Positions 9,520 to 20,082 of a stretch of 52,748 nucleotides of DNA are shown in pieces. The stretch lies in assembly GCA_029932605.1 (NCBI GenBank), contig JAOZPT010000003.1, positions 42,591 through 95,338 on the forward strand. Direction: 5' to 3'. Both the position numbers and the translations under genes were made by a program. The stretch comes from Candidatus Zixiibacteriota bacterium. GTDB lineage: Bacteria > Zixibacteria > MSB-5A5 > UBA10806 > 4484-95. The notes beneath the pieces are model-generated. The model worked only from the letters and a program-made list of their open reading frames with translations. It searched no databases and was not told the origin of the DNA. The stretch's first letter is position 1; each line of letters opens with the position of its first letter.

Positions 9520-10754
9520 TGTTGAATATATGGATGTTCATTAAGCTTGCCTGGAGAAATATCCTCCGCAATAAACGCCGGACCTTCATAGCCAGCACCG
9601 CCATCGGAATAGGTCTGGCCTCACTGATATTTACCGATGCTTTGTGGATTGGTATGGAGAATAACATGGTTGAATCAATCACTTCATCTTTTTTAGGCGA
9701 GGGGCAAATCCACCGCCAAGGTTTCCGCAGCACTCACGAAGTGGAACTAACCATAAACAATCTTGACAAGTTAGTTTCGGATTTAGAACAAGAGGATATA
9801 GTTGAACACCTTACCCTGCGAACAACATCTTTTGGTATGATCTCATCACCGGCAAATTTCAGCTCTATAAACATGGTGGGAATATATCCACCAACCGAGA
9901 AACACATTTCGCAAATCGATGATGTTATTACCGAGGGGAATTACTTTGAGGGTGATGACCCGCATGACATAGTCATCGGCAATAAACTGGCTGATGTTCT
10001 TGAGGTAAACATTGGTGACCGAGTGGTGATGACTGTTGCTCAAGCTTATACCGGCGACTTATCCCAGGAAATGTTCAGAGTTTCCGGTATCTTTCATTTC
10101 AATGTTACCGAGATGGATAAAGGGATGGCATTTATCCGTCTTGATAAGGCTCAGAAAATGCTTGGTATAAATCACCAGGTCCATGAAATCGCTATAAAGT
10201 TTATCAACCATGAGTATGGCAGGGATAAACAGCTCCCTTTCTGGGATAAATATTCAAAGAATGGCAACGAGGCCGTCAGTTGGGCAGTAATTTTACCGCA
10301 GATCGAGGCCGTTTTCAGTATGTCGAATTTCAGCATCTTCATAATCGGTTTGATCTTGTTTGCCATCGTATCCCTGGTAATTGTTAATACCCTGTTTATG
10401 TCATTGCGGGAGCGGATGTTTGAATTCGGTGTTCTTCGTGCTCTGGGAACACGACCTTTTGTGCTGGCTCGGATGATTCTTTTCGAAGCGGGAGCCTTGG
10501 CAATTATAAGCATTGGATTAGGAACGGTGTTTGGTTTCCTGGTCACTTATATTACCATTAAAACCGGCATCGATTATACAGGTATCGAGTTTGTGGGAGT
10601 AACGTTCCGGCACCTCCTGTATCCGGTTCTACAGGTCAAACAGTTTATAATCTACCCGATCTGGGTCTTTATATTAACGACATTAGTTGGGCTGTATCCT
10701 GCCCTGTATGCCGCTAAAATGTCTCCGGCAAATGCTATGCGCAAGAGTTTGTAG
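9516..10754 (+). CDS. ABC transporter permease, LolC/E (MacB/FtsX) type, second subunit
   Basis: LAWRNILRNKRRT, ERMFEFGVLRALG, PALYAAKMSP; overlaps the upstream stop. Confidence 0.9.
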   Translation: MMLNIWMFIKLAWRNILRNKRRTFIASTAIGIGLASLIFTDALWIGMENNMVESITSSFLGEGQIHRQGFRSTHEVELTINNLDKLVSDLEQEDIVEHLTLRTTSFGMISSPANFSSINMVGIYPPTEKHISQIDDVITEGNYFEGDDPHDIVIGNKLADVLEVNIGDRVVMTVAQAYTGDLSQEMFRVSGIFHFNVTEMDKGMAFIRLDKAQKMLGINHQVHEIAIKFINHEYGRDKQLPFWDKYSKNGNEAVSWAVILPQIEAVFSMSNFSIFIIGLILFAIVSLVIVNTLFMSLRERMFEFGVLRALGTRPFVLARMILFEAGALAIISIGLGTVFGFLVTYITIKTGIDYTGIEFVGVTFRHLLYPVLQVKQFIIYPIWVFILTTLVGLYPALYAAKMSPANAMRKSL

Positions 10755-10765
10755 CAGGAGGAAAA

Positions 10766-11467
10766 ATGGAAAAAAGAAATGAACATATTATAGTGACCGA
10801 GAAGTTAAAGAAGGTTTATTCTGATGGTGGTGTTCCGGTTCCAGCTGTCGATGGTATAGATTTGACGATCACACAGGGTGAGTTTTCCGCAATAGTTGGA
10901 CCATCGGGATCGGGAAAAACGACTCTCCTGAATATAATCTCAGGTCTTGATTCTCCAACCGAGGGTAAGGTTTGGTTGAATGGGAATCTCATATCAAGCA
11001 TGAGCGGTAACGAACTGTCGGATTTCCGTCGCGATAACATTGGCTTCATATTTCAAGCGTATAATCTTATACCGGTGCTCAGCGTTGAGGAAAATATCGA
11101 GTACATCATGCTCCTGCAGGGTGTGCCCAAGGAACAAAGACGCCAACGGGTAGAACGCATCCTTGAAGATGTCGGCCTAACTGGATTTGAAGACCGTATG
11201 CCTCTTCAACTATCCGGCGGGCAGCAGCAGAGAGTGGCTATTGCCCGGGCGATGGTTTCCAGGCCAGCCCTTATTCTTGCCGACGAACCAACAGCTAACC
11301 TCGACTCGAAAACAGGAGCCGAACTGCTGGATATGATGCGCAAGCTGAATCAGGATAGCGGGATAACATTCGTTTTCTCCACACATGACAAAATGATTAT
11401 GGAAAGAGCCAAGCGCCTGATAATATTAAAAGATGGGAAAATTGTGGGCGACGAAAACCGAGAATAA
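10766..11467 (+). CDS. ABC transporter ATP-binding protein, LolD/MacB type
   Basis: Walker [42 protein letters not shown]. Confidence 0.93.
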   Translation: MEKRNEHIIVTEKLKKVYSDGGVPVPAVDGIDLTITQGEFSAIVGPSGSGKTTLLNIISGLDSPTEGKVWLNGNLISSMSGNELSDFRRDNIGFIFQAYNLIPVLSVEENIEYIMLLQGVPKEQRRQRVERILEDVGLTGFEDRMPLQLSGGQQQRVAIARAMVSRPALILADEPTANLDSKTGAELLDMMRKLNQDSGITFVFSTHDKMIMERAKRLIILKDGKIVGDENRE

Positions 11468-11483
11468 GCGAATCAATAATAAT

Positions 11484-12746
11484 ATGAAGAAAATAACTAT
11501 AATAATATTCTTAATGTTATGGTCAAAAACGGCCGTCAGCCAAAATGACATCTCTATTGATGGATATTACAAAAACTTTTCTGTCGTCTATGACCTGCCT
11601 GATTATATGAAATATTTCGGTTTTTCCGAGCAGGATATCATCGGTGCGGTCAGTAATAAATTGCGGTTAAACCTCTTCTACAACCCGAAAAATTGTTTAT
11701 CATTCGTTCTCAATTACAATATCTCATCTCTGGTTCAGGATCCAGCACTATTTAAATCACAGCCGTTGAATGTTGGTATCAATCCCTACAGCTATCGGTT
11801 TGCAGATATCGATTCACGACTTTATCCGTCTGAAATCGATACTGATCAAAGTCTTGGATTATTCCAGAATCTGGATCGCGCTAATATATCCATAAGCTCA
11901 AATTTCTGCGATGTATTTATTGGCCGTCAGGCAATTGCCTGGGGAAGTGCACGTGTTATTAATCCCACCGATGTTATTGCTCCATATACTTTTGAAGAGC
12001 TGGATACCGAGGACCGCATTGGAGTGGACGCCGTTCGGATGCGTATCCCTATCGGTTTCATGGGCGAGTTCGATGCTGGTTATGTAGCTGGCGATGACTT
12101 CAAGTTTGATAAAAGTGCTGTTTTTCTGCGTGGTAAATTCTATACTAAAGAAACAGACTTTTCACTACTGCTTTTAGGTTTCCGCGAAAACCTTCTGGCT
12201 GGACTCGATGTTACCCGTTCAATTGGCGGTGCGGGATTCTGGTGTGAAGCGGCCTATGTGTTCGTCAAGGCATTAACCGATGACGATACCAGAGAAGATG
12301 AGAATGGCTACCTCAGGGGAACTATAGGCCTGGATTATAATTTTGGTAGCAAAACATACGGATTTATCGAATATCATTATAACCAGGCTGGTTCGGACAA
12401 ACCCGGAGATTATGTAAGCAACTCTTCAAAAACAGCTTTCATTGATGGTTCGGTTTACCTGCTGGGAAAACATTACTTAGTCCCTGGATTAACTTATCAA
12501 TTTAGACCGCTTATAATTCTCAACGAACAGGCACTTTTTAATATCACAGACCAATCGATGTTCTTATCAACTCATATTGAATACAATATCTCCGAAAATA
12601 TATACCTTGCGGCAGGAGCTTATCTTGGTATCGGTGAACACCTGAAGCTGTTATTCCCTGATGAATTAATGCCTTACACGGAATACCACTCCGAGTTTGG
12701 AGCCTATCCGAATATCTACTTTTCATCATTTAGGGTTTATTTTTAA
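11484..12746 (+). CDS. Putative outer-membrane beta-barrel protein
   Basis: Signal peptide from ATG 11484 (MKKITIII); GRQAIAWG and GVDAVR motifs; ends FRVYF. Confidence 0.75.
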   Translation: MKKITIIIFLMLWSKTAVSQNDISIDGYYKNFSVVYDLPDYMKYFGFSEQDIIGAVSNKLRLNLFYNPKNCLSFVLNYNISSLVQDPALFKSQPLNVGINPYSYRFADIDSRLYPSEIDTDQSLGLFQNLDRANISISSNFCDVFIGRQAIAWGSARVINPTDVIAPYTFEELDTEDRIGVDAVRMRIPIGFMGEFDAGYVAGDDFKFDKSAVFLRGKFYTKETDFSLLLLGFRENLLAGLDVTRSIGGAGFWCEAAYVFVKALTDDDTREDENGYLRGTIGLDYNFGSKTYGFIEYHYNQAGSDKPGDYVSNSSKTAFIDGSVYLLGKHYLVPGLTYQFRPLIILNEQALFNITDQSMFLSTHIEYNISENIYLAAGAYLGIGEHLKLLFPDELMPYTEYHSEFGAYPNIYFSSFRVYF

Positions 12747-13008
12747 TAATTTCTACTTATGGGTTGCTTAATGATCATCAAAAGGTTTTTCTGGGATAAG
12801 TATTACGGATTTAGTAATAAAAACCAATTCAAAATGGACTTATGTTTTAATATTTTTGCAAATTGTCTTAAAAAATTAGGGAAAATAACAAAATGACTTC
12901 AATAAACATTTTACCGCTGAACCAAGTTAAAACTGGTAAGTAAATTAAATAACATTGGTCTGGCCGTTCAGCTGAATTGTTTGGTGATGATTCCTCGGGT
13001 ATGAAACC

Positions 13009-13037
13009 TTGACTAAATTAATAAGGCTAACTATATT
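13009..13037 (+). promoter_or_regulatory. Sigma70-type promoter for tRNA-Leu/tig
   Basis: TTGACT (13009-13014), 17 nt spacer, TATATT (13032-13037), ending 16 nt before the tRNA. Confidence 0.65.
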
Positions 13038-13053
13038 TCAAAGTTTGATATTA

Positions 13054-13135
13054 GCGAAAGTGGCGGAACCGGCAGACGCGCTGGATTTAGGATCCAGTCC
13101 CATAAGGGGTGGGGGTTCAAATCCCCCCTTTCGCA
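13054..13135 (+). tRNA. tRNA-Leu (anticodon TAG), CCA not encoded
   Basis: Acceptor stem GCGAAAG/CTTTCGC + A; anticodon stem CTGGA/TCCAG with loop TT-TAG-GA; long variable arm; T arm GGGGG-TTCAAAT-CCCCC; typical position before tig. Confidence 0.96.
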
Positions 13136-13257
13136 TAAGAATTGATCATATGCACAGGGGAAATGAATAACGACTTTATACATCGTAAACATCGGTTGAT
13201 TTTTAAAGCCATTCGGTGTTACCGGATAATGTTGTTATTTGAAATAAATAAGGAGGA

Positions 13258-14511
13258 ATGTTGAAAGTTACTGTAATTACCGAACCTAACTGTAAAAGGA
13301 TTCTTAAAATAGAAGTGCCTCAGGAAGAGGTGGGCACCGAGTTCAAAAACTGCTTCGATCTATATCGCACCAAAGCCAACATTTCCGGTTTTCGTCCTGG
13401 CAAGGTTCCGATAAATCTATTAAAACAACGTTTTGGCGAGAGCATTAAAGCCGATGTGTTTGAAAAGCTTGTTGCTAACGCACTCAGCAACGCCATCAAG
13501 CAGGAAAACCTTGATCCAATCTCCAAACCGAAAATCTCTGAGGTCGATTTCGACGAAAACAAACCTTTGAAGTTTAAAGCTGAGTTCGAGGTTAAACCCG
13601 AAATTGACCTCAAAGGTTATAAGGGCTTAAAACTTGAAAAAAGAGTTCGTGAGGTTACTGATGCTGACGTTGACAACTCATTGAAACTGCTTCAACAAAA
13701 ATACGCTGAATTCCATTCTGTTAACCGTAAGTGTCATGATGACGATATGGTTATTGTCGATCTGATAAAAAAATACGACAAATTGAATAAACTTAAAGAG
13801 GAAAAGCTGGAAAACATCGAAATCGACCTGGGTTCTGAAACAGTGTTAAAAGAGTTCAAAGAGGGGTTACGTGGTATGGGTATAGGTGAGATGAAAGAGA
13901 TTCAGGTGAAATATCCTGAAGATTATCTCGATAAGCGTCTGGCTGGCGATGAGATCAAATATCTGGCTATCGTAAAAGAGGTCAAAGAAAAGGAACTCCC
14001 CGAACTCAACGATGAATTCGCTAAAAATATAGCTCATTTAAAAAACCTTGAAGAACTAAGAAAAACAGTTAACGAGGAACTTATCCGTAAGGCTAATAAT
14101 GATGCCACAAATACTCTCAGAAGTGATATTATCAAAAAACTGATTGAGAAAAACAGTTTTGAAATCCCCGAATCGATGATTGAGAGATATTTACAATCAG
14201 TAACAGAAGACTTCAAGAAACGTTATAAAGATGTCGATGAATTTCAATTGAGACAAAATTATCGTTCGATAGGGGAGGATATTATCCGCTGGCAGTTTAT
14301 CTATAGCGAAATAGCTAAAATTGAGGGCATTAAAACAAATGAGGAGGATAGGGCTAAATGGGTAAGAGGGTATGCTAAGGCATATAACATGTCAGAGGAG
14401 ACAGCCCGCCAGACTCTCGGACAAGCAAGGAAGTTTGATGAAATCGATGATACGATACTAGAGAATAAAGTGCTTGATTTTATTACAAGAAACTCAGAGA
14501 TTATCAGTTAG
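13258..14511 (+). CDS. tig: Trigger factor
   Basis: Ribosome-binding GFRPGKVP motif, FKBP-like middle domain, LPELNDEFA; synteny with clpPX. The start may be TTG 13261 given RBS spacing. Confidence 0.95.
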   Translation: MLKVTVITEPNCKRILKIEVPQEEVGTEFKNCFDLYRTKANISGFRPGKVPINLLKQRFGESIKADVFEKLVANALSNAIKQENLDPISKPKISEVDFDENKPLKFKAEFEVKPEIDLKGYKGLKLEKRVREVTDADVDNSLKLLQQKYAEFHSVNRKCHDDDMVIVDLIKKYDKLNKLKEEKLENIEIDLGSETVLKEFKEGLRGMGIGEMKEIQVKYPEDYLDKRLAGDEIKYLAIVKEVKEKELPELNDEFAKNIAHLKNLEELRKTVNEELIRKANNDATNTLRSDIIKKLIEKNSFEIPESMIERYLQSVTEDFKKRYKDVDEFQLRQNYRSIGEDIIRWQFIYSEIAKIEGIKTNEEDRAKWVRGYAKAYNMSEETARQTLGQARKFDEIDDTILENKVLDFITRNSEIIS

Positions 14512-14523
14512 CAAGGAGATAGT

Positions 14524-15129
14524 ATGTCAAAGACAAGTATGCAAACTTTAATCCCGATGGTTGTTGAACAAACTGGACGGGGTGAACGTGCTTACGATAT
14601 ATATTCACGATTGTTAAAGGACCGTATCGTTTTTGTAGGAACTCCAATTGATGATAATATCGCCAATCTTGTAATCGCACAGCTTTTATTTCTGGAAGCC
14701 GAAGACCCGGACAAAGACATCTTTTTATATATCAACTCTCCTGGAGGCACTGTAACTGCCGGTTTGGCGATCTATGATACCATGCAATTTATCAAGCCTG
14801 ATGTTAACACCACCTGTGTTGGGCTGGCAGCTTCAATGGGCGCCCTCTTGCTATGTGCCGGTGCCCCCGGTAAAAGAGCAGCTTTAAAAAACTCTCGGAT
14901 ATTGATACATCAACCATGGGGAGGTTTCAAAGGGCAGGCAACCGATGTCGAGATTCACGCCAGAGAGATCGTAAATACCAAAAATCAACTCAATAAAATC
15001 CTGGCCAAACATACCGGGCAACCGCTGGAGAAAATATCTAAAGATACAGACCGCGATTTCTTTATGTCACCAGAAGAAGCCAAGAAATACGGGTTGGTTG
15101 ATGAGGTTTTTGAGCGTAAACCTAAGTAA
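14524..15129 (+). CDS. clpP: ATP-dependent Clp protease proteolytic subunit
   Basis: [23 protein letters not shown] (catalytic Ser), [13 protein letters not shown]. Confidence 0.98.
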   Translation: MSKTSMQTLIPMVVEQTGRGERAYDIYSRLLKDRIVFVGTPIDDNIANLVIAQLLFLEAEDPDKDIFLYINSPGGTVTAGLAIYDTMQFIKPDVNTTCVGLAASMGALLLCAGAPGKRAALKNSRILIHQPWGGFKGQATDVEIHAREIVNTKNQLNKILAKHTGQPLEKISKDTDRDFFMSPEEAKKYGLVDEVFERKPK

Positions 15130-15151
15130 CTAAAAAATAAAACGGTAACCG

Positions 15152-16405
15152 ATGCCTAAAAAATCCCGCAGTTCTCAGAAGAGATTTTCTACAAAAGAGT
15201 TATGCAGCTTCTGCGGTCGCCCTGCTGACAATAAAACACAGATGATCACTGGCCCTGAAGCCTCGATCTGTTCAGATTGTATCAAAGTCTGTAACAGTAT
15301 CCTCAATGAGAAAAGCTGGACCGGGAAGAAATTCGATGTCCCCTCTCCTAAACAGATAAAAGCTTTTCTCGATGATTATATTATTGGTCAGGAAAAAGCA
15401 AAAAGAACGATTTCGGTTGCTGTTTACAACCATTATAAAAGAATTTTTAACTATAAACCTTCTGATGAGGGTGTTGAGCTCGAAAAGGCAAATATCCTTC
15501 TCGCTGGTCCAACCGGTACCGGTAAGACCCTGATGGCCCAAACACTGGCAAAGATGCTTCATGTGCCATTTACAATCGCCGATGCCACCGTCCTGACCGA
15601 GGCGGGCTATGTTGGTGAAGATGTTGAAAATATACTTGTAAGGCTTCTACAAGCCGCCAATTACGATGTCAGAATGGCGCAGATGGGGATAGTTTATATC
15701 GACGAGCTGGACAAAATCGCCCGTAAAAGCGCTAATCCCTCCATTACTCGTGATGTTTCTGGTGAGGGGGTTCAGCAGGCGCTATTGAAGATTCTTGAGG
15801 GAACCGTTTCTGCTGTTCCACCTAAGGGCGGGCGCAAACACCCCGAGCAGGACCTGATCCAGATCGACACCAGAAACATACTCTTTATCTGCGGTGGAGC
15901 TTTCAATGGCCTTGAAAAAATCATTGCTCGTCGATTAGGACGCAAGATCGTCGGTTTCAAAACGGAAAGCAAGACCGTAGGTAACAAAATCGGCGAGCTG
16001 TTGACTTTTATCGAAAACGAGGACCTTCTGGAATATGGCCTGATTCCGGAGATAGTCGGCCGCTTACCGGTTGTCTGTTCGCTGGATGAGCTTGACCGAA
16101 ATGCGCTCAAAAGGATTTTAATCGAACCCAAAACAGCCCTGGTAAAGCAATACCATGAATATTTCAGACTGGAAAACATCGAACTGGTATTTGAGGATGA
16201 TGCCCTCGAATATGTAGTGGATATGGCGATTAAAAAAGGCACCGGCGCCCGGGCATTGCGGTCAATTTTAGAATCGGCCATGATGGAAACCATGTTCGAG
16301 ACTCCGTCGATGAAAAACCTGAAAAAATGCATTATCACTAAAGATGTAATTGCATCTGGAGCTGAACCGAAATATATTTTCGAGAAGAAACAGAAAAGGG
16401 CGTAG
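15152..16405 (+). CDS. clpX: ATP-dependent Clp protease ATP-binding subunit
   Basis: C4 zinc finger (CSFCG...ICSDC), [39 protein letters not shown] loop, GARALR. Confidence 0.98.
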   Translation: MPKKSRSSQKRFSTKELCSFCGRPADNKTQMITGPEASICSDCIKVCNSILNEKSWTGKKFDVPSPKQIKAFLDDYIIGQEKAKRTISVAVYNHYKRIFNYKPSDEGVELEKANILLAGPTGTGKTLMAQTLAKMLHVPFTIADATVLTEAGYVGEDVENILVRLLQAANYDVRMAQMGIVYIDELDKIARKSANPSITRDVSGEGVQQALLKILEGTVSAVPPKGGRKHPEQDLIQIDTRNILFICGGAFNGLEKIIARRLGRKIVGFKTESKTVGNKIGELLTFIENEDLLEYGLIPEIVGRLPVVCSLDELDRNALKRILIEPKTALVKQYHEYFRLENIELVFEDDALEYVVDMAIKKGTGARALRSILESAMMETMFETPSMKNLKKCIITKDVIASGAEPKYIFEKKQKRA

Positions 16406-16437
16406 GAATTCTCATCAATTACTCTAAATTTTGAAGA

Positions 16438-16459
16438 GGCCTGTAAGAGGCCATTTTTT
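16438..16459 (+). terminator. Weak intrinsic terminator-like hairpin between clpX and engB
   Basis: GGCCT-GTAAG-AGGCC followed by ATTTTTT, directly abutting the ATG at 16460. Confidence 0.45.
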
Positions 16460-17044
16460 ATGTGGTTTACAAATGCTGAATATGTAGGCTCTTTTTTCAA
16501 AGTTGAGGATATACCCAAAACCGGCTATCCTGAGATTGCCTTTGCAGGGCGCTCGAATGTAGGCAAGTCAACCCTTATCAATAAAATCCTCAACCGAAAA
16601 AAACTCGCCCAGGTATCAAAATCACCCGGCAAGACCAGGGCATTAAACTACTTTGAAATCGACCACAAATATTATTTCGTGGATTTGCCCGGCTTCGGCT
16701 ATGCGAAAATCTCCAAAAAGGACAGAGAACAATGGGGCAAACTTATTGAATCCTACTTTAAAACATCAAAAAAACTCAAAGGTGTGATACATATTATCGA
16801 CAGCAGACGGGGACTAATGGATTCAGATAGGTCTTTGAAAGAATACATTGATTATTTTGATATCGAAGTGTTATGGGTTCTATCAAAAGTTGACAAGTTG
16901 AAAAACCAGGCCAGGGCAGATATCTATAAGAATACTTTACATGAACTAAATTGCAGTCCTCAGAGACTTATGTTTTTTTCCGCTGTAGATGGTCTGGGTG
17001 TTACAGAAATTAAAAAACTGATTATGGAGATATTGAAAAGATGA
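16460..17044 (+). CDS. engB: Ribosome biogenesis GTP-binding protein YihA/YsxC
   Basis: AFAGRSNVGKSTLIN, PGKTR, VDLPGFGYAK, SKVDK. Confidence 0.95.
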   Translation: MWFTNAEYVGSFFKVEDIPKTGYPEIAFAGRSNVGKSTLINKILNRKKLAQVSKSPGKTRALNYFEIDHKYYFVDLPGFGYAKISKKDREQWGKLIESYFKTSKKLKGVIHIIDSRRGLMDSDRSLKEYIDYFDIEVLWVLSKVDKLKNQARADIYKNTLHELNCSPQRLMFFSAVDGLGVTEIKKLIMEILKR

Positions 17045-18339
17045 GCGTTTCTAATATCACAATTCTTGGCTTGCAGTGGGGAGATGAGGGCAAAGGAAAG
17101 GTGGTTGACCGTTTTTCAAGTAACGTTGACATTGTAGTTCGTTTCTGTGGCGGTGCTAACGCTGGCCACACAGTTGTCGTTGATGGTCCGGAGAAAAATG
17201 AGACACAATTTATCCTTCATCTTTTGCCTACCGGCATTATTCATCCGGAAGTGAGATGTTTTATCGGTGCCGGGGTTGTTTGTGACCCTGTCAGTCTGTT
17301 TGAGGAGCTAGATGATATCAAGTCCAGAGGCATTGATTGGGAGGGCAGGCTTTTTATAGATTACACAACTCATCTGGTTTTACCCCAGCATAAAGCCTGT
17401 GAGAAATATTCTGAAAACATAAACACGAAGAAAGCTTTGGCGACGACTCTCAGGGGTATAGGACCAACCTACGCGGACAAGGCAGACCGCATCGGCATAA
17501 CTGCCGGTGACCTTGCCGATGACGACCGCTTAAGAGACCGGATTGATAATTTCATCAAAAAAAAGAAACCTTTCCTAAGCATCTTACATGACCAAAACTT
17601 GAGCTCCCCTGAAAAGCTTCATGAATTCCTAAAGCCGTATGCTTACCGTATAAAAGCGATGCTTACCGATGTAACTTTCGAATTGAGAAAAGCCATCTCA
17701 GATAACAAGCGGATACTTTTCGAGGGAGCACAGGGAGCGCTACTGGATATCGGACTTGGCACTTACCCCTATGTAACATCGTCAAACACAACTATCGGTG
17801 GTTTGTTCTATGGACTGGGTTTACCCCCGGGGATACAGGGCGAGGTTCTTGGAGTTGTCAAAGCATATACCACCAGGGTTGGCAATGGTCCTTTTCCCAC
17901 TGAACTTAAAGACGCTACCGGCGAAAGGCTTCGTAAAAGTGGAGATGAATTTGGCGCTACTACCGGTCGTCCCCGGCGAACCGGCTGGCTCGACTTGGCA
18001 ACAGTCAGAAGAACAGCTTTTATGTCAGGCGTCACTGGAATCGTTATCACAAAACTCGATGTTTTAGACGGGCTTGACCAGATAAAAGTCTGCATCGCTC
18101 ACCGGTATAATAATACTCTCTTCGATTTCCCGCCCTTATACAGCGGTTTTATGGAAAAGGTTGAACCCATTTATGAAAAATTGAAAGGCTGGCAAAGTCC
18201 AACCGCTGGAATCACCGATTTTGAAAAACTACCGGTCGAGGCAAAAAACTATATCAAGTTTATCGAGAAAACGATTGGCCTGCCGGTTAAGTACATCTCA
18301 ACCGGCTCTAATCGTAAAGCCTTCATAGAAATCTCTTGA
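17041..18339 (+). CDS. purA: Adenylosuccinate synthetase
   Basis: QWGDEGKGK, GGANAGHT, GIGPTYADK, FEGAQG, GTYPYVTSS, GATTGRPRR. Confidence 0.98.
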   Translation: MSVSNITILGLQWGDEGKGKVVDRFSSNVDIVVRFCGGANAGHTVVVDGPEKNETQFILHLLPTGIIHPEVRCFIGAGVVCDPVSLFEELDDIKSRGIDWEGRLFIDYTTHLVLPQHKACEKYSENINTKKALATTLRGIGPTYADKADRIGITAGDLADDDRLRDRIDNFIKKKKPFLSILHDQNLSSPEKLHEFLKPYAYRIKAMLTDVTFELRKAISDNKRILFEGAQGALLDIGLGTYPYVTSSNTTIGGLFYGLGLPPGIQGEVLGVVKAYTTRVGNGPFPTELKDATGERLRKSGDEFGATTGRPRRTGWLDLATVRRTAFMSGVTGIVITKLDVLDGLDQIKVCIAHRYNNTLFDFPPLYSGFMEKVEPIYEKLKGWQSPTAGITDFEKLPVEAKNYIKFIEKTIGLPVKYISTGSNRKAFIEIS

Positions 18340-18382
18340 GAATATCCCTGTTTCTATCTTATAATCCCGCAGGAGGAAGACT

Positions 18383-19780
18383 TTGAGGATAAGTTCGCTT
18401 AATTTAATTCCTTCAGTTGGCCAACGAAAAAATGTCTCAATCAAATCTCGTAGGATATTCTTATTGATATTTATAACTTTTCTGTTAAGCACTTCCTTTA
18501 TTTATGCCCAACAATCAGAAGAGAAGCTGAGTCTCCATCAGGCTGTGGCTATGGCATTTGCCTCTGATAATAATCTGATGGCGACTGAAGCATATCTTAG
18601 AGCTTCGGAATATGATATCAGGCAGGCAAAATCGGCATATTTACCAAGACTGGATTTAAACGGGAGTTACTCTCATTGGTCAAAAGTTAACGAATTTACC
18701 ATTTCTGCTGGCACCATGGGAATTCAACAACATATTAAAACCGTCGCTGATAACCCTGCTAATATTAAATTGGGTTTAAGTTATGACCTTTACACTTTTG
18801 GCCGACGGCCTGGTTCAGTGGCAATTGCCAGGGCCGAAAACCAACTATCCAGCCTCCGCTATAGGAATGTTAAAAAAGATCTATTTGACACGGTAGCTCG
18901 GACTTATTTCGCTGTTGTTTTTGCAAGTGAAAGCCTGCGCATGCTCCAGAAGGAAAAAAACAGGTTTGAACATATATATCAAATTGTCAAAAACAGATTT
19001 CAGCAAGAGCTCATTTCCGAGTTTGATCTTTTACAAACACAATTTCGCCTTGAGATATATAAAAAAACAGTACTTGAGATGTCCAATACCCTGGAAATGG
19101 CTCGCTTAAACCTAGCTAAACTTCTAGGGACATCAATCGATATGTTGCCAACCCTATCCGATAGCTTAGATAGCGGATTGTTGATTGTGCCCTCTTTTGA
19201 GAATTGGGATGAAATCTACCCCCGGCGCGAGGATTACCTTAAGGCAATTACATCTGCCCAAAAAGCCAAATCTGCAAAAAAGATAATCAAAAGCGCTTAT
19301 TTCCCTTCTGTTAGAGTGTTTACTTCTTACGATTGGCGAAATGGCTATCAACCGGATGTCAACGATATCCTAGGTAATTTTACAGTTGGTATAAATTTCA
19401 ACTGGTTGTTGTTCGATGGCTTCACCAGACGAGCCAATATGTCAAAACAGAATTACTTGATAAAAGCCTTAAACAGAACCGTTGATGACATCAAGCTCTC
19501 CATACCTTTTCAAATAAAAACCCTTCAGCTCTCCCTCGAAAATGACTCGTTAAGAATCGATATACAGAAACAAGCGTTATCGCTTGCCCAAAGAGCAATG
19601 GCAATTGCCCAAAAAAAGTATGATATCGGTGATCTGACAATGATAGAACTGTTGGAGGCAGAAAACCAGCTTTCTCAAGCCGAGCTAGAGCTATTAAAAT
19701 TGAGGTACAAATATATTTTGACACAACTGGATTTTAAGAAAGTCTCAGGCATTTATCCTGAAATTGGAGACATTAATTGA
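18383..19780 (+). CDS. TolC-family outer-membrane efflux protein
   Basis: Signal peptide; two OEP repeats (AKSAYLPRLDL, KSAYFPSVRV, LFDGF); TTG start after AGGAGG. Confidence 0.85.
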   Translation: MRISSLNLIPSVGQRKNVSIKSRRIFLLIFITFLLSTSFIYAQQSEEKLSLHQAVAMAFASDNNLMATEAYLRASEYDIRQAKSAYLPRLDLNGSYSHWSKVNEFTISAGTMGIQQHIKTVADNPANIKLGLSYDLYTFGRRPGSVAIARAENQLSSLRYRNVKKDLFDTVARTYFAVVFASESLRMLQKEKNRFEHIYQIVKNRFQQELISEFDLLQTQFRLEIYKKTVLEMSNTLEMARLNLAKLLGTSIDMLPTLSDSLDSGLLIVPSFENWDEIYPRREDYLKAITSAQKAKSAKKIIKSAYFPSVRVFTSYDWRNGYQPDVNDILGNFTVGINFNWLLFDGFTRRANMSKQNYLIKALNRTVDDIKLSIPFQIKTLQLSLENDSLRIDIQKQALSLAQRAMAIAQKKYDIGDLTMIELLEAENQLSQAELELLKLRYKYILTQLDFKKVSGIYPEIGDIN

Positions 19781-20082
19781 TTGTCAAAGAACCCAAAAGA
19801 ACATTTTTTCACAACTATGATTAAGGTTTAGTTTCAATAACCCGAATTATTATAATAATTGAAAGTGATAACAAACGTATACTTTGGTATTTATGTAGCG
19901 CGTCATGGATTTTTCAATAAATCACTTTTTATAAAAAATTGATGAAAAAATGTTGCTTGATACACCATCTTTATAGTAAACACAGAATGAGTTAATAGTA
20001 ACGACTCGATGGAGTTGTTTTAAATAAAAGATTGTAAAAAATTCTGTTTAAATAGAATGATCTGGTAAGGAGGGAATCGCTC

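Noticed and set aside
13054..13135. tRNA as an island integration site
   Set aside because: No integrase and no duplicated tRNA 3' end seen; tRNA-Leu before tig is a normal arrangement.
15772..16518. 248-aa antisense ORF
   Set aside because: Shadow of clpX/engB with no recognisable motifs. The same applies to the many short ORFs nested in or antisense to called genes.
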